In this document: positions 28,371 to 43,079 of the stretch, one piece after another
Layout of the letters: each line of letters begins with the position of its first letter
Numbering within the stretch: the stretch's first letter is position 1
Source of the DNA: Eledone cirrhosa
Lineage: Eukaryota
NCBI GenBank assembly: GCA_964016885.1
Contig: OZ024740.1
Span: 153,326,001-153,390,000, forward strand
Direction: 5' to 3'
DNA length: 64,000 bases
Notes under the pieces: model-generated
Told to the model about the DNA's origin: nothing
Database searches by the model: none
The model's input: the letters and a program-made list of their open reading frames with translations, nothing else
Translations under genes and position numbers: made by a program

Positions 28371-28562
28371 GGTATGGCAATAAAGTCCTTAGAATGACCA
28401 TTTAAATGAAAACACACAACCTGTGTTGTTTCACTATAATTCTTTTCATATCTGACTCAATTTTGTTCCAATTCAAGATTCTCAGGAAGATACAACTGTT
28501 AAACCTGAAGCTCCAGTCGGATTTATATATGTATATAAATATATATATATATATATATTTAT

Positions 28563-31500
28563 ATATTAATTCAAAATATTAACAAAAATAGACATTCGTT
28601 GGATCAAGTATATTTTATTATACATATTTCAGAGGTACTTAGCTATCTTCAACAGTACGTCTTCATCAGATAAAATAAGATGATGCATGACATACCCTGA
28701 CTAAGTAGATGGTTAAAATTCAGTCATGGCAGTAAATAAGATATGACAGAGCTCAATATTTATATACCTTAAGATTGAGACATGAAAAAATTACATATAA
28801 TACAGAGGGTGTGTGTGAGAAAGCTTATAAAGATACATAATAATAAACAACTACTAATATAATACAAACTTACATAACTGTTAGAGATTCAAATAATTTA
28901 AATTATTGAAGAAAGAAGAAGTGAAAGACAGAGAGAGAAACAGATGAGGAAAAAGAGAGTTACTAGAAGTATATAAATATCTTATGCACGAAAGCAAAAG
29001 AAAATTGATTAAGGATAGAGAGACGAGGATAAAATAATTTTTATAGTATAAAGCATAGGGAGGGAGAGTTGTATTGTCGTGGATAAATAGCGTATAATTA
29101 GATGATGCAAAAATATATATATAAATAAATATATATTTGGACATAGCTTTGTGAATGAATAAATTCGAATCGTTAAATTATCTAGAAATAATCAATCAAT
29201 CAAAATATCAGATATATCTGGGTGTAGTTATATGAGGGTTTATTTTTTGAGTCCTTAAGTTAATTAGAAATAGACTATTAATCAATTATATATATCCGGA
29301 TGACCGTTAAATATTTTGGTGCAACTTCATCGACATTTAAATTAAGATTTTCGAATCACAAATATTCTTTTTCGAATCCTAATAGGAAATCTTCGACCTC
29401 TTTATCACAACTTATATGGTCATTAAAAGACAAAAATAAATTAAAAATACTCGATTTCTTGGTCAAAGCTGTGAAATAGTCAAATCTACTTGAATTCTTC
29501 AATATCACCTAACTGCAATCTTTGTACTATGGAGACCCTATTAATAATTAATAATTATGATAGTTTAATTAACAAAAAAGTGAATTATTCCTAAATTGCC
29601 TGCATAAAGCTTCTTCTACATTCCATGTCTAGCAAAAAGTTAGGAAAAAACATTGAATAAATAAGTTTTAATTTTTGACGTTTCTTAACAACTGAGTGCG
29701 TAAAACCTTCTAATAATTTTTATTCATTTACGATATGATTAATGTTGGATTAAGGGTTCTATGTAAATATATAAACATTTAGACTGTTAACATGATATTT
29801 TGATGAATATGCATATCATTTGATTGTGTAAATACATTTAATTTTTTCGGGATTTATTGTATTTTAAAAAATATATAGCTTATATGTTTGACAGTTATAA
29901 GGAATCGTAAACCATTCATTTATTTATTTTGAATATGTTGTTTTAAGATTCAAGATGTTTGATTTATATATTTATGGTATATGTGTCGTACACGATCCTA
30001 GTCGACAAACCTTTTCCACTTAACTTGATGTAAAACTTCAATTATAACGTTATTAACAGTAATTGTATTTATTATTTATTATATGTATATAATTCACTAA
30101 TATCGTCTTAAGCTTTAAACAGTATACATTGTATGTATTTAGACAAATATGTATATCTAGTTTAATAACACCCTTTTAGGTACATTTATAAGTGCCTTGG
30201 ATACTTAAGGACATTCTAGTGTTATAATTGTTAAATATTTTCTAAATTATATAATGATTATTTTTTAATTTAACTTTTTTTTAATATAATTAAATTTGGA
30301 TTACCTTCGGGTTGATGAAAATCTTAAGTCCTTTCTTTCTCGTGTTTGCAGACACTTTAAATATGATATTATACTATAATATAGATCCTTAAAAATGTAT
30401 TTTTAAATTGTATAGTTTTTAAATTATATAGCTTATATATTTGACACTTATAGGATCGCAAACCATTCATTTATTTATTTTGAATCTGTGTCTTATGTTT
30501 TATGATTCATGAAGTTTGATTTGTATATTTATAGTATATATGTATTACATGATCCTAATATAATAATTGACGTAAAACCTTATTTTTAACACTATTAACA
30601 GTAATTTATTTATTATATTATATTATTATATTATATCATATATAACTGACTATTATCGTCTTAAACTTTAAACAATCTACTCTTTGTATAAATTTAGATA
30701 AATGCGTATATCTAGTTTAATAATATCCCTTTTAAGTATAATTATAAGGCCTTTGGATACTTAAGGGCATTCTAATTTAAAATTTAAAATTTTTAAAGTT
30801 ATAATTGTAATTACTTTCTAAATTATATAATGATTATTTTTTAATATAAAATCTCTTTAATATAAAATTCTTTTAATATAATTTAATTTGGATTACCTTC
30901 GGGATGAATAAAAAATTAAGTCTCTTCTTTCTCATGTTTGCAAATACTTTAAATATGATATTATACTATAATATAAATACTTATAAATTTTATAGCCTGA
31001 AATATTATGCCTTTAGATTAATTCACTATTTTGAACGAACATAAATGATTCGAAATTTAACGGTCATCCGGATACGTTGGGATATATATAATTGATTAAT
31101 AGTCTATTTCTAATTAACTTAAGGACTCGAAAATAAACCCTCATATAACTACACCCAGATATATTTGATATTTTGATTGATTGATTATTTCTAGATAATC
31201 TAACGATTCGAATTTATTCATTCACAAAGCTATGTCCAAATATATATTTATTTATATATATATTTTTGCATCATCTAATTATACGCTATTTATCCACGAC
31301 AATACAAATCTCCCTCCCTATCTCTCTATCCTTAATCAATTTTCTTTTGCTTTCGTGCATAAGATATTTCTATACTTCTAGTAACTCTCTTTTTCCTCAT
31401 CTGTTTCTCTCTCTGTCTTTCACTTCTTCTTTCTTCAATAATTTAAATTATTTGAATCTCTAACAGTTATGTAAGTTTGTATTATATTAGTAGTTGTTTA

Positions 31501-31781
31501 TTATTATGTATCTTTATAAGCTTTCTCACACGCACCCTCTGTATTATATGTAATTTTTTCATGTCTCAATCTTAAGGTATATAAATATTGAGTTCTGTCA
31601 TATCTTATTCACTGCCATGACTGAATTTTAACCAACTACTTAGTCAGGGTATGTCATGCATCATCTTATTTTATCTGATGAAGACGTACTGTTGAAGATA
31701 GCTCAGTACCTCTGAAATATGTATAATAACATATACTTGATCCAACGAATGTCTATTTTTGTTAATATTTTGAATTAATAT
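28563..31781. mobile_element. 3.2-kb AT-rich element with ~740-bp terminal inverted repeats carrying hammerheads; internal ~550-bp diverged tandem duplication
   Basis: 28563-29312 is the reverse complement of 31054-31781; internal repeats at ~29870-30400 and ~30425-30985. Confidence 0.75.
31667..31730 (+). ncRNA. Type I hammerhead motif with long stem II (mirror copy - 28613-28678; duplicates ~55204-55269 and ~58258-58321)
   Basis: uuau-CUGAUGA-agacguacug...caguaccucu-GAAA-uaugua-UA-auaa. Confidence 0.7.
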
Positions 31782-31872
31782 TAATAACTCTGGAAAACCA
31801 ATCTTGTGGAGTGCTTCTAATCTATTGTAAAACTTTATTCTTTGATTTATTCATTGAACCTTGTTTAACCTT

Positions 31873-31904
<32 letters not shown>

Positions 31905-31981
31905 ACGAAGGAAATGTGGTAAGGAACCAGGTGGACCATAACGCACCAAAGTACTCAATACTTGAGGTAGTAGAGTGGGTA

Positions 31982-32086
31982 ATAGGAACCAGTAAGACCC
32001 CGACAGCTGAGCTCAAGCCGTTTCGACGGCTAAATTAGCCGTCGAAACGGCTTGAGCTCAGCTGTCGGGGTCTTACTGGTTCCTAT
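31982..32086. repeat. Perfect ~52-bp-arm palindrome (related palindrome at 32409-32511; duplicates ~58578-58682 and ~59011-59113)
   Basis: ataggaaccagtaagacccc...gacggctaa-a-ttagccgtc...ggggtcttactggttcctat. Confidence 0.85.
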
Positions 32087-32505
32087 ATATATATATATAT
32101 ATATATATATTTCTTAAAATAACAGATTAAAGTTTAAGCAAAGAATCGCTGCTTTCACCCTTAACGGGATCTTCTGAAACTAACAAAGTCAATCTGTAAA
32201 CGCAGAAGTGGATATTTCAAAAAACGTTGCAACCGGTACGGTTCTTATATATTTGATATATATTTATCCTTATCGAGCCCTCTTTGAATTTTAGTCTTGA
32301 AATTTATTATTATTAATATATATATATATAACAAAGGAATTGTGGTAAGGAACCAGATGGACCAGAACGCACCAGAGTACTCAATACTTAGGGTAGTAGA
32401 GTGGGAAATAGGAAAAAGTATGACCCCGACGGCAGAGCTGAAGCCGTTTCGACGGCTATATGGCCGTCGAAACGGCTTGAGCTCTGCCGTCGGGGTCATA
32501 CTTTT

Positions 32506-32556
<51 letters not shown>

Positions 32557-32873
32557 TTGTTTTTCTTACAAACTAATGTCATCTCGTTTAGCCCTAAAAT
32601 ATATTATCTCTCGCCACTCTTTCACATATAGACCGATTAACTTGCAATAGCGTGAAGCTCCTAGTCATGACAGCGATGATCATTGATGTTAACAGCTTCC
32701 TTGAGTGTGAGGTGAACATATTTTGAAGCATGGCCTGTATTTATTTTTCCTCGGAAGAATGAAACCTAAACATGGATGTAACAAAATAACACACACTATA
32801 CAGTATTCTCGCGATATTACAGCTGCCATTAAAGGAATACTTCTTAATAAATATCATGTCTTCGTTTTCACAG

Positions 32874-32933
32874 ATGTACCATTCGTTCGAAATACTGAGG
32901 AAAATGTAACTTTTCAAAATACATCTTTAATAA
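32874..32933 (+). CDS. Candidate micro-exon B3 (60 nt): xVPFVRNTEENVTFQNTSLI
   Basis: tcttcgttttcacAG | 60 nt | GTGAGT; contains NVT and NTS sequons. Confidence 0.8.
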
Positions 32934-32945
32934 GTGAGTTGTACA

Positions 32946-33027
<82 letters not shown>

Positions 33028-33028
33028 C

Positions 33029-33075
<47 letters not shown>

Positions 33076-33354
33076 AACAAGTATGACCCCGACGGCAGAG
33101 CTCAAGCCGTTTCGACGGCTATTTCTGGACGCTTTCAGTCCAGAAATAGCCGTAATAGAAGTGGTCACACAACAGTTAGTTCACCATACCGAGAACAATT
33201 GTTTCACCTTAGCGGATCCTCAGCTCGTAATGGACATTGAGGTGAAACAATTGTTCTCGGTATGGTGAACTAACTGTTGTGTAACCACTTCTACCTAACT
33301 CGTCCCATGGACTGAGTGCTCTACCACTACGGATATTACCTTCCAGTGTTCTAC

Positions 33355-33408
<54 letters not shown>

Positions 33409-33577
33409 GTGGGAAAGTAAAAAATCGGAGAATAGACCGTTAAAACATGTTTATTTAAAATATCACCTACGTACGTTTCGCCCAGTTGGGCTTCTCAAGG
33501 GCATAAATATTCACAAGTGTTCCATATATAGTTCGGAAAGAGTTTTGGGGGTTAAATCTACTACATATATATATATA

Positions 33578-36500
33578 TATAACTTTGATAACTTTGATTT
33601 CGGCCAGTATTTGCCCAGGCCATGTCTAACTTAATAGCACCACCTGGCGAAGTCTTACAAATCAGTGTTTGGGCACCATGGCCCACTCGAGCAGAGAGTT
33701 ATTGTTTACGGAGGCATATCCGGGTGTAGGAGGCTTATCCGGGATTTCTTGAAGGAATTTATCCAAAGACTTCTTGAACTTGATGGGGACCGTCTCTGCT
33801 TTGATGTGTCTCGGTGTAATGTTAAAGAGTGCAGGGCCAATTGAGGTGAAATAATTGTGAGGCTTTTGTCGTGGGCGGATAGCAGGGGCCCAAGCCTTGG
33901 GTGTACACTAAAGGTGATGCCAACATCATTTGGGCAAAGCTGATGAAATACTTTCCACATCATACAGATAATGTAGCGCTCACGGCGATGTTGGAGATAA
34001 TAAAGTTTGAGCTTTTCTAATCGACTCCAATAGTCAAGGCCTGTCATGCCATCTATCTTGTTTGTAATTGACCTTTGGGGTGCTTCAACTTTCATGATAC
34101 TTTGTTTCGTGTGGGGTGACCGCAGTGGACAACAGTATTCAAGGTGGGGTCGGGCAAAAGTGGAGAAGAGAAGGATAACAGTGTGGATATCTCTCGACTG
34201 GAAAGTTCTAAGAACCCAGGAACACATTCTGCGGGCCATATCAACTTTGCTATTTATATGGGTGGCCCAGCTTATGTTGTTGTCCACAATTACTCCCAGG
34301 TCTCTGATGTTATTGGATGCCATAGAGTTTCACCCGAAGGAAGAGAGTATGGTAGTTTCAGGGCATCCTTTTTTCCAGTGGATTAATTCAAATTTATCCT
34401 CATTCAACAGCATATTATTCATTTCTGCCCATTGGATAACAGCCAGTAGTTCTGATTGAAGGCAAGTCCGGTCACCCACCTCATTGATGACCCTTTGGAG
34501 CTTGGAATCATCTGCGAAGATTCTGATGTTGCTGTGCTTGATGATGTCAGTAATGTCATTAATGTAGATGATGAAAAGAAGTGGGCCCAACACAGTGCCT
34601 TGTGGGACGCCACTGCTGACTTTGGCAGGGTTTGACTTTACTCCTTCGACTACAACATGCTGGGTTCTGCCTGTCAGGAAACATTTGATCGACTGTAGTA
34701 ACCTTTCAGAGACACCAACATTGGATAGTTTTTTCAGTAGAATCTTATGATCAACCCTGTCGAAGGCCTTGCTGAAGTCAAGGTAGATGACATCAGTGTT
34801 GGAGCCCTCTCCCAAAGCTCTCAAAACATCGTCAAAGGGATGCAGGGGCTGCGTTAGTCAGTCCCTTCCATTACGGAACCCATATTGGTTGGAGTTCAGC
34901 AGGCCGTTGCTTTCAAGAAAGTGGGTTATTCGTGATCTCACCACCCTCTCAAATACCTTGATAATATGAGAGGTGAGTGAGATCGGACGGTAGTTCACTG
35001 CAAGGGACTTATTTTCCTTTTTGAAGACTGGGACAACGGACTGGGACAGAAAGTTTTCAGGAATATAGCCAGCGTCCAATGAGTTCCTCCACAGATTAGC
35101 AAGAGGAGCTGCAAGTTGGTGTCGACACACCTTCAGGACACAAGCAGGGAACCTGTCAAGGCCTACTGCTGAATTGTGTTTAATTTCGTTTATTGCCGCT
35201 AAGACATCAGGGGCGCCAAACGTTATGTCTGATATAGTGTGTTGGGGATTAACATCACTGATACGGCCCAGATCGGCCATATCGGGGTTGCTGAAAACAG
35301 AGCAGTACTGTTTCTGCAGTATCTCGCCCATGGTTTTGGCATTGTCCTGGAGTGTGCCATTTTCATCAACTAGGGGCCAACAGTGGAGACGGTGACCTTG
35401 TGTTTTTTTAGCAAATGAAAATAACACTTTGGAGTTGAGTTTGATTTTCTCAATGGCCCACCTCTCTTCAGCTATTCTCTGGTTATTGACGATGTTATAT
35501 TGCTGGAGGTTATATTTTTTTTTACTCAAGCAGGATGATAGCCATTGAATTAGTGTGTTGCTGTTGGCAGTATTTTAGTGTGTTAATTTTTTTGTTTGTT
35601 CTTCTGATAATTGTTTTTTCTGTTTTGGGGGATACTGCACTTGGTTTTGTTCACAGGTTTTGGTGGTGTGTGTTTTGTACATATATTTGTGACAGTGTTT
35701 ACAAAGATCTGCCAAGATGTTTTGATGTTGGTGGAAGTGTGTGCGTGTGTAAAAGACCAGTCGACATGTGATAGTTCGTTCATAATTGCATTCCAGTTGG
35801 CATTGTAGAGATCCATGTTATCAAATGGGTGGGCTGGAGAGAGGACCCTGGGATTAGCTTTCGGCTGGTGGAATCTCAGGTTACAAAGAACCATGTCATG
35901 GTCTGAGAGAAGGGTTTTTTCCACTGTAATATCATGTATAGTGTTAGTGTGGTTACTAAACAATAGATCCAGAATGTTCTTCTGATGCCTCGTTGGTGCA
36001 AGGGCAAGTTGGGACAAGAAAAGCTCATTCATGAAGTCAAGAAGTGACTCGACAGCCTCTTTGTCAGTGGTTGAGGCTGTGGAGCCTGGTTTCAAACTAC
36101 ATGTAGACCAATCGACACAGGGTAGATTAAAGTCTCCCATCAAAAGTATGTTGCTAGAATGGCACTATTTAATAAAGCATTTAATACTGTTGAGGCACTC
36201 TTTGAAGCAGATTATGGGTGTTTGTGGTGGCCTATAGAGCCCAACTAATGTCAGGTCATTGGCTTTATTGTGCACAGTGACTGGTTCACAGTATCCATTA
36301 GAGAATGTTGCGTTGCCATCTGCCGTAAAGGAATAATGCAGGAAAATGGCAGTTCCACCCTTCCTTTTGCCAACACGATCCGCACGGATGGTTGTGAAAT
36401 TTCTCACTCTTACTTCGGCCTCCAAGTGGGAGTTGTCAAGGTGGGTCTCAGTAAAAATGAAGAAGGGGATGTGAAATGGATGGTTACCAACCCAATCCTC

Positions 36501-36640
36501 AATTAATTGGATCTTCCATTTCTGTGCATTGATGTATGGGCTGATACCTTGTGTATTGAGTAAGAATGTGGACATTCGATTCGTTGGAAATTATGCAAAC
36601 AAGCCTCAATTTTATAGCCAGATTACAGTTATTGTTTTCA
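33578..36640 (-). mobile_element. CR1-like LINE, degenerate ORF2 (APE plus RT)
   Basis: TETHL, GLYRPP, GDFNLP, SDH (APE); NYRPISLTS, YLDFSKAFDRV, GVPQGTVLGP, FADD (RT); RPHLEYC; short tandem 3' tail (atcaaagtt). Confidence 0.9.
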
Positions 36641-36660
36641 GCCAGGTAGAGCGAAATTTT

Positions 36661-36754
<94 letters not shown>

Positions 36755-36869
36755 GAAGTATTTCCGCCAGAAAGGTACAGGAAAAAAGAGTGCTCTATGT
36801 AGGCTACAGAGCTTATTAGTTATGTAATAAACAACATAAGATAATTATTTCATTTACCAGTGGTTTCTT

Positions 36870-37356
36870 GAAGGCAGATGTTGTGTCTATCTTCGTGTAA
36901 ATTCCAATGAAAGTGACTTGTGACTATGTTAGAAACCAGCTCTATTGGTGAAAATTTATAAAATAACTGTTTCTACTATTGGCACAAGACCATAAATTTC
37001 CCCAGTGAATTATTGGTGCTTCATTTTATCGACCCCGTAAAGATGAAAGGCAAAGTTAACCCCAGTGGGGTTTGAACTCGGAACGTAAATGGCCATAACT
37101 CTATGCTTCAAAGCATGGTTTCTGACGCTCTACCTATAGTGCCAGTTCACTGCCCTTTAAAAAATGTATAAAATAATTGTTTCTACTTTTGGTACAAGGC
37201 CAGCAATTATCCCAGCATGTTACTGGTACTTTATTTTATCGACCCCGTAAGGATGAAAGGCAGAGTTAACATTTGCGGGATTTGAACTCAGAACGTAAAG
37301 GGAGGTAGCTATGCTGTAAAGTATGGTGTCCGACCCTCTACCGATACTGCCAATCC
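36870..37356 (-). mobile_element. R4-like 3' UTR remnant (+) interrupted by two tandem SINEs (-)
   Basis: Same arrangement as 6240-6708; repeated again at 63500-63990. Confidence 0.7.
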
Positions 37357-37460
37357 AGAAAGCAGAACATACATGCACACACATACATACATACATACAT
37401 ACATACATACATACATACATACATACATACATACATACATACATACATACATACATACAT

Positions 37461-40400
37461 AGTCAACGTGATCAGTCGCATATTTTGGCGTGGGAGACTC
37501 TTTATTAAATTTAAGATGAATACTATCTCCGACAGTAATGCCACAACTACAGCCAGGTTGAATAACTGGTTATTCTTCTAACTATCCCTTCTGAAGACAC
37601 CTTTTATTCGAATTCGTAGAGATATCCGACTAAATACATAATTCATTTTACAAGGATTTGCTACAAACAGCATGGCTGAACACAACATCAACAAGAAAAT
37701 TAAGGAAGTACCGAAGACAAATAACAAAGAAGGTAATCAAACTTTATTCAGTTGTAGCTACAGAAGAAACGGAAATTATAAATCGCATTTCTCTTGGAGT
37801 TGCGAACTTAATAGTGATTTATTTAATTGTTATAAAATGGCAAAAAACAATCCCTCCATTGGCTATATGAATAGAATGAAGCTACACTGGGACGAAATGC
37901 ACCCAGAGCTAAATTATTTCACAGCGAAACAATTACGCCAACAAGCGACGTTTGTTGAACGCAAAAATAAGATAAATATTATTAATTGTAAGTCCCCCAC
38001 AACAAACATGGAATCAACAACACGTGCTACAGATCGCCCTGCTACTAGACTTCCTAGCAGCCAGGTCGAACAGCGCTTTAAAACAACCATGCCTGTAAGA
38101 AACTTGACACCACCTGTACCATCTAAGTCTACCTCGAATGCTGGGGAAAACACTATCGATAATAATAATAATCGAAGAAATAATAATAATAATCGAATAA
38201 ATGTTACACCACGTATACCATCCGAGTCTACCTCGACTGTTGTGGAAAATACTATCGATAATGATAATCAAAAGTATAAACAATTGAAAATTTCCCTCAA
38301 CGAAATCTTCCAGAGAGAAATTAACTCATGTATAAATATCTCTCTGGCAGAACGTGTTAAAATGACAATGGTGAATAAAAAACCAAATAATGAAATACTA
38401 CGTGTTATTGACGAAATAGGGGATGAATATTTACGACGGATAAAAACCCCAACATTTTGGCAAATCAACGCCTGTTTATATGCCTTAGCAATGACAGTGA
38501 AGCATTATCTTGGTGATAGCAGAGATATTAACAAGAACAAAACACCACCAAAAATACCATCATATATAACTAAAATAGAAAACAAGAGTCCTGACCTACG
38601 AAAAAACATAGGACATGTGACAATGCTCCTTACATGCAAACAAACACAAAAAAACCTCACTCCTCACCAACAAAGAGTGAAAAATAAAATAGAGACGGTG
38701 TTTGGTAACAGTAGAACCAGAACTCTTCAATATAAGCTGATCACCCTCAAACAAGAATTGAGAGCTGTTAGCGAAAAACGCCGATACCTGAAGAAGGTAG
38801 ATGAGAGAAAAATGCTTAATAACAGATTCAGACGAAACCAAACATCAGTCTATAGAGATATGAAGGGCAAAATAATAAGTGTCACTGAGGCCCCATCCCA
38901 AAAAGACATAGATTCCTTTTGGAGAAAAATATGGGGTGAAAAGAAGAATTTCAACCAAGATGCAGTGTGGCTAAGAGAAATCCGAAAGAACTATTGCTCC
39001 TACACTACAACAAAAACATACGAAATAAGTGAGGGTACCCTTGAGACTGTGATAGGAAAACTCCAAGATAAGAAAACACCAGGAAGAGACATGATTGTCG
39101 GCTACTAGTACAAAAAACTAATATTCTATCGGAGGTATCTTACTGACCTCTACCAACAAGTTCTTAAGGGAGATACACTTATACCAGAATGGTTGACATT
39201 AGCACAAACGTTACTGAGACACCCACTTGGCAAGAAACTACCGACCCATTGCATGCCAGAACCTGATGTATAAGATGTATACAGCCTGCCTGAACCTATT
39301 CCTCCAAGATCACTGTGAAAATAATAACATCATCACAGATGAACAAGCAGCTGGAAAGAAAAGGGTTTGGGGATGTGCTGAACAACTCCTAATCAACAAA
39401 ACTGCGATGTCGGAGGTGCGACAACTTAGGAGGAATATGACTACAGTCTGGCTGGACTGCAAGAAAGCTTTCGATTCTGTTCCCCACTCTTGGATGATAG
39501 AGGCCCTCCAACTTGCTAAAGTCCCAGACATTATTGTCAGAGCCATAGAGAGGCTGTCTTCTTCTTGGGCTACTATCCTAAGGTTAAAGACAGAGAGGGA
39601 GGACTCTATTATCACTGATAAAATAAAATATTGTAGGGGTATATTTCAAGGGGACAGTCTCTCTGTGATATTGTTCATCTTGTCATTAAACCCCTTGTCC
39701 TTTCTGCTCAAGAAATGTGAGGGATACATGTGAGTTTGGCCAATATAAATGCTCATACATGACTGTAAAGCGGGGAAAAACAACAACCCAATCTAGCAAC
39801 ATTGTCATCAATGGTCTAACTGTTTCACCGATATCTAATGAGGACTGCTACAGATACCTGGCGATAGATGAGAACATATCCTATAATGGTATCTGTAATA
39901 AAGAACGCGTAACCAGGGAATACTACACCCGATTAAGAAAGATCTGGTCATCGGAACTCTCTGCGCAAAACAAAACAGTGGCTCACAATGGAACTCCTTG
40001 AGAGATATTCCCTGTGTGATAATCAAAAACTCACTCCCAGGGATGTCGCTCAGCAGTATCGCAGTGAATCCATGGATGAAAAACTGCATGCCTATCAGCA
40101 AAAAATCATGCATGGATATGTTGCCAGGAAGCTCCAGAGTGAGAGTAATATAGATAAGGAAAGTAGTCTATCTTGGACCAACAACCGCTATATTGGCTCC
40201 CACTTTGAAGGATACGCATTTGCAATCCAAGAACAGGAGATTATCACGAAATACCTGATTAACAAAAGAGATAGGGATGCAGGCAAAACACCTAGATGTG
40301 ATAACAAGTGCAGACTCTGCAGAACTAACATCGAGGATATCACCCATGTCATCAGCAGCTGCCCAAAGATACTATCTACCTATGAGGCATGATAGAGTGG

Positions 40401-41125
40401 CCGAAACACTGTACAATGCAGTTCGTAAAACAGATAGCCCCGATAATAAACACATTAAAAGCTACAACAATGTGGAAGACATCCATGTACATAATATGAA
40501 AGAGTACTGGTGGAATGTTCCAGTAAAAACCCCAATAAAATGCAGGAATAACAGACCAGATATTATGATATGGGACAGGGAGAAGAAAACATGCACAGTA
40601 GTGCAAATTAGCTGCCCAGCAGATGCCAATATAATATCAAAGATTAGTGAAAAGGAGAATATTTATGCAGAACTGATGAGAAATCTGCAGATACTCCACC
40701 CTGATTACACCTTCAGATTTATGCCTGTGATTATTGGGGCACTGGGATATGTTAGTAACTGCCTCAATACAAATCTTGAGAAGCTAGGCTTCACAGGAAC
40801 AGAAAGAACACAACTAGTTAGGAAACTACAAGTACAATCCATTAATGGAACAGTGAAAATATGTAAAACATTCCAAAAATTTTGCATCTAATAGTTGCAT
40901 ATACACATGTACAGATACAAAGCATATACACATGCACACATACAACTCAAAATATACACATCCACACATACAATAACATCCATATCTACACATGCATGCA
41001 TGCAGACATACATACATATCTACCTAGTTGATGTTGTGTAAATTCCAATGAGAGAGTCTTGTGTCTATGTTAGAAACCGACTCTCTCTCTATTGGTAAAA
41101 CTTTGTGAAATTATAAAACCAGAAG
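37461..41125 (+). mobile_element. R4/Dong-like RLE LINE with internal deletions, embedded in (TACA)n
   Basis: 478-aa N-terminal ORF, NYRPIAC, KKAFDSVPH, GIFQGDSLS, CRLC..H...C knuckle, RHD, RPDIMIWD..KENIY (RLE); the YxDD segment is deleted near 39730. Confidence 0.9.
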
Positions 41126-41397
41126 AACATACATACATACATGGTGGCTGCCAACTCGTTTTTGAGTACGGCCACTACTTTATATCCATGTAGGAAAACC
41201 CCTATCGATGCGCTGAATGAGTGTGACTTTTTAGTCCAGCCAGCGACTTGAAAACTCTGGTACAAACACTACACTTGTGACAATTATTGACACATAGTGC
41301 TGGGCCCATCGTACCATGTGACGACAAGTGCAGAGAGATCTCCAGATATAAAGCAATGACTGTGCCGTGAAGCTTTTATAGATACATACATACATAC

Positions 41398-43062
41398 ATA
41401 CAACCCAATCTAGCAACATTGTCATCAATGGTCTAATTGTTTCACCGATATCTGATGAGGACTGCTACAGATACCTGGAGATAGATGAGAACATATCCTA
41501 TAATGGTATCTGTAATAAAGAACGCGTAATCAGGGAATACTACACCCGATTAAGAAAGATCTGGTCATCAGAACTCTCTGCGCAAATCAAAACAGTGGCT
41601 CACAATGTGTTTGCTGTGCCTGTCCTAACACCAACGTTTGGAATACTCAATTGGACGATAGACGAAATCCGAGCAGTTGATGTTGGAACTCGAAAAATAC
41701 TGAACACCGGAAACTTCCACATCAACAGTGACATAGACCGCCTTTACTTGAAACGTAAGCAGGGAGGCAGAGGCCTAACATCAGTCCAGACAACATTTGA
41801 ATGTCGCATCATATCTCTCCGACAACATCTACGAACCTCGAAGCGTAGGAGCTAGCTTCTCGAGCAAGTCTATCTGCATGAAACAGATAAGATCATGAGA
41901 GTTGGGAAGGAACTCCTTGAGAGATATTCCCTGTGTGATAATCAAAAACTCACACCCAGGGATGTCGCTCAGCAGTATCGCAGTGAATCCATGGATGAAA
42001 AACTGCATGCCTATCAGCAAAAAATCATGCATGGATATGTTGCCAGGAAGCTCCAGAGTGAGAGTAATATAGATAAGGAAAGTAGTCTATCTTGGACCAA
42101 CAACCGCTATATTGGCTCCCACTTTGAAGGATACGCTTTTGCAATCCAAGAACATGAGATTAGCACGAAATACCTGATTCACAAAAGAGATAGGGATGCA
42201 GGCAAAACACCTAGATGTGATAACAAGTGCAGACTCTGCAGAACTAACATCGAGGATATCACCCATGTCATCAGCAGCTGTCCAAAGATGTCATCGCGGT
42301 ACTATCTACCTATGAGGCATGATGTAGTGGCCAAAACACTGTACAATGCAGTTCGTAAAACAGATAGCCCCGATAATAAACACATTAAAAGCTACAACAA
42401 TGTGGAAGACATCCATGTAAATAATATGAAAGAGTACTGGTGGAATGTTCCAGTAAAAACCCCAATAAAATGCAGGCATAACAGACCAGATATTATGATA
42501 TGGGACAGGGAGAAGAAAACATGCACAGTAGTGCAAATTAGCTGCCCAGCAGATGCCAATATAATATCAAAGATTAGTGAAAAGGAGAATATTTATGCAG
42601 AACTGATGAGAAATCTGCAGATACTCCACTCTGATTACACCTTCAGATTTATGCCTGTGATTATTGGGGCACTGGGATATGTTAGTAACTGCCTCAATAC
42701 AAATCTTGAGAAGCTAGGCTTCACAGGAACAGAAAGAACACAACTAGTTAGGAAACTACAAGTACAATCCATTAATGGAACAGTAAAAATATGTAAAATA
42801 TTCCAAACATTTTGCATCTAATAACTGAATATACACATGTACAGATACAAAGCATATACACATGCACACATACAACTCAAAACATCCACATCCACACATA
42901 CAATAACATCCATATCTACACATGCATGCATGCAGACATACATACATATCTACCTAGTTGATGTTGTGTAAATTCCAATGAGAGAGTCTTGTGTCTATGT
43001 TAGAAACCGACTCTCTCTCTATTGGTAAAACTTTGTGAAATTATAAAACCAGAAGAACATAC
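41398..43062 (+). mobile_element. Second, 5'-truncated copy of the same R4/Dong-like LINE (CCHC plus RLE)
   Basis: ORF 41895-42821 CDNKCRLC..H...CP, RHD, RPDIMIWD; same 3' UTR ending in (CATA)n. Confidence 0.9.
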
Positions 43063-43079
43063 ATACATACATACATACA

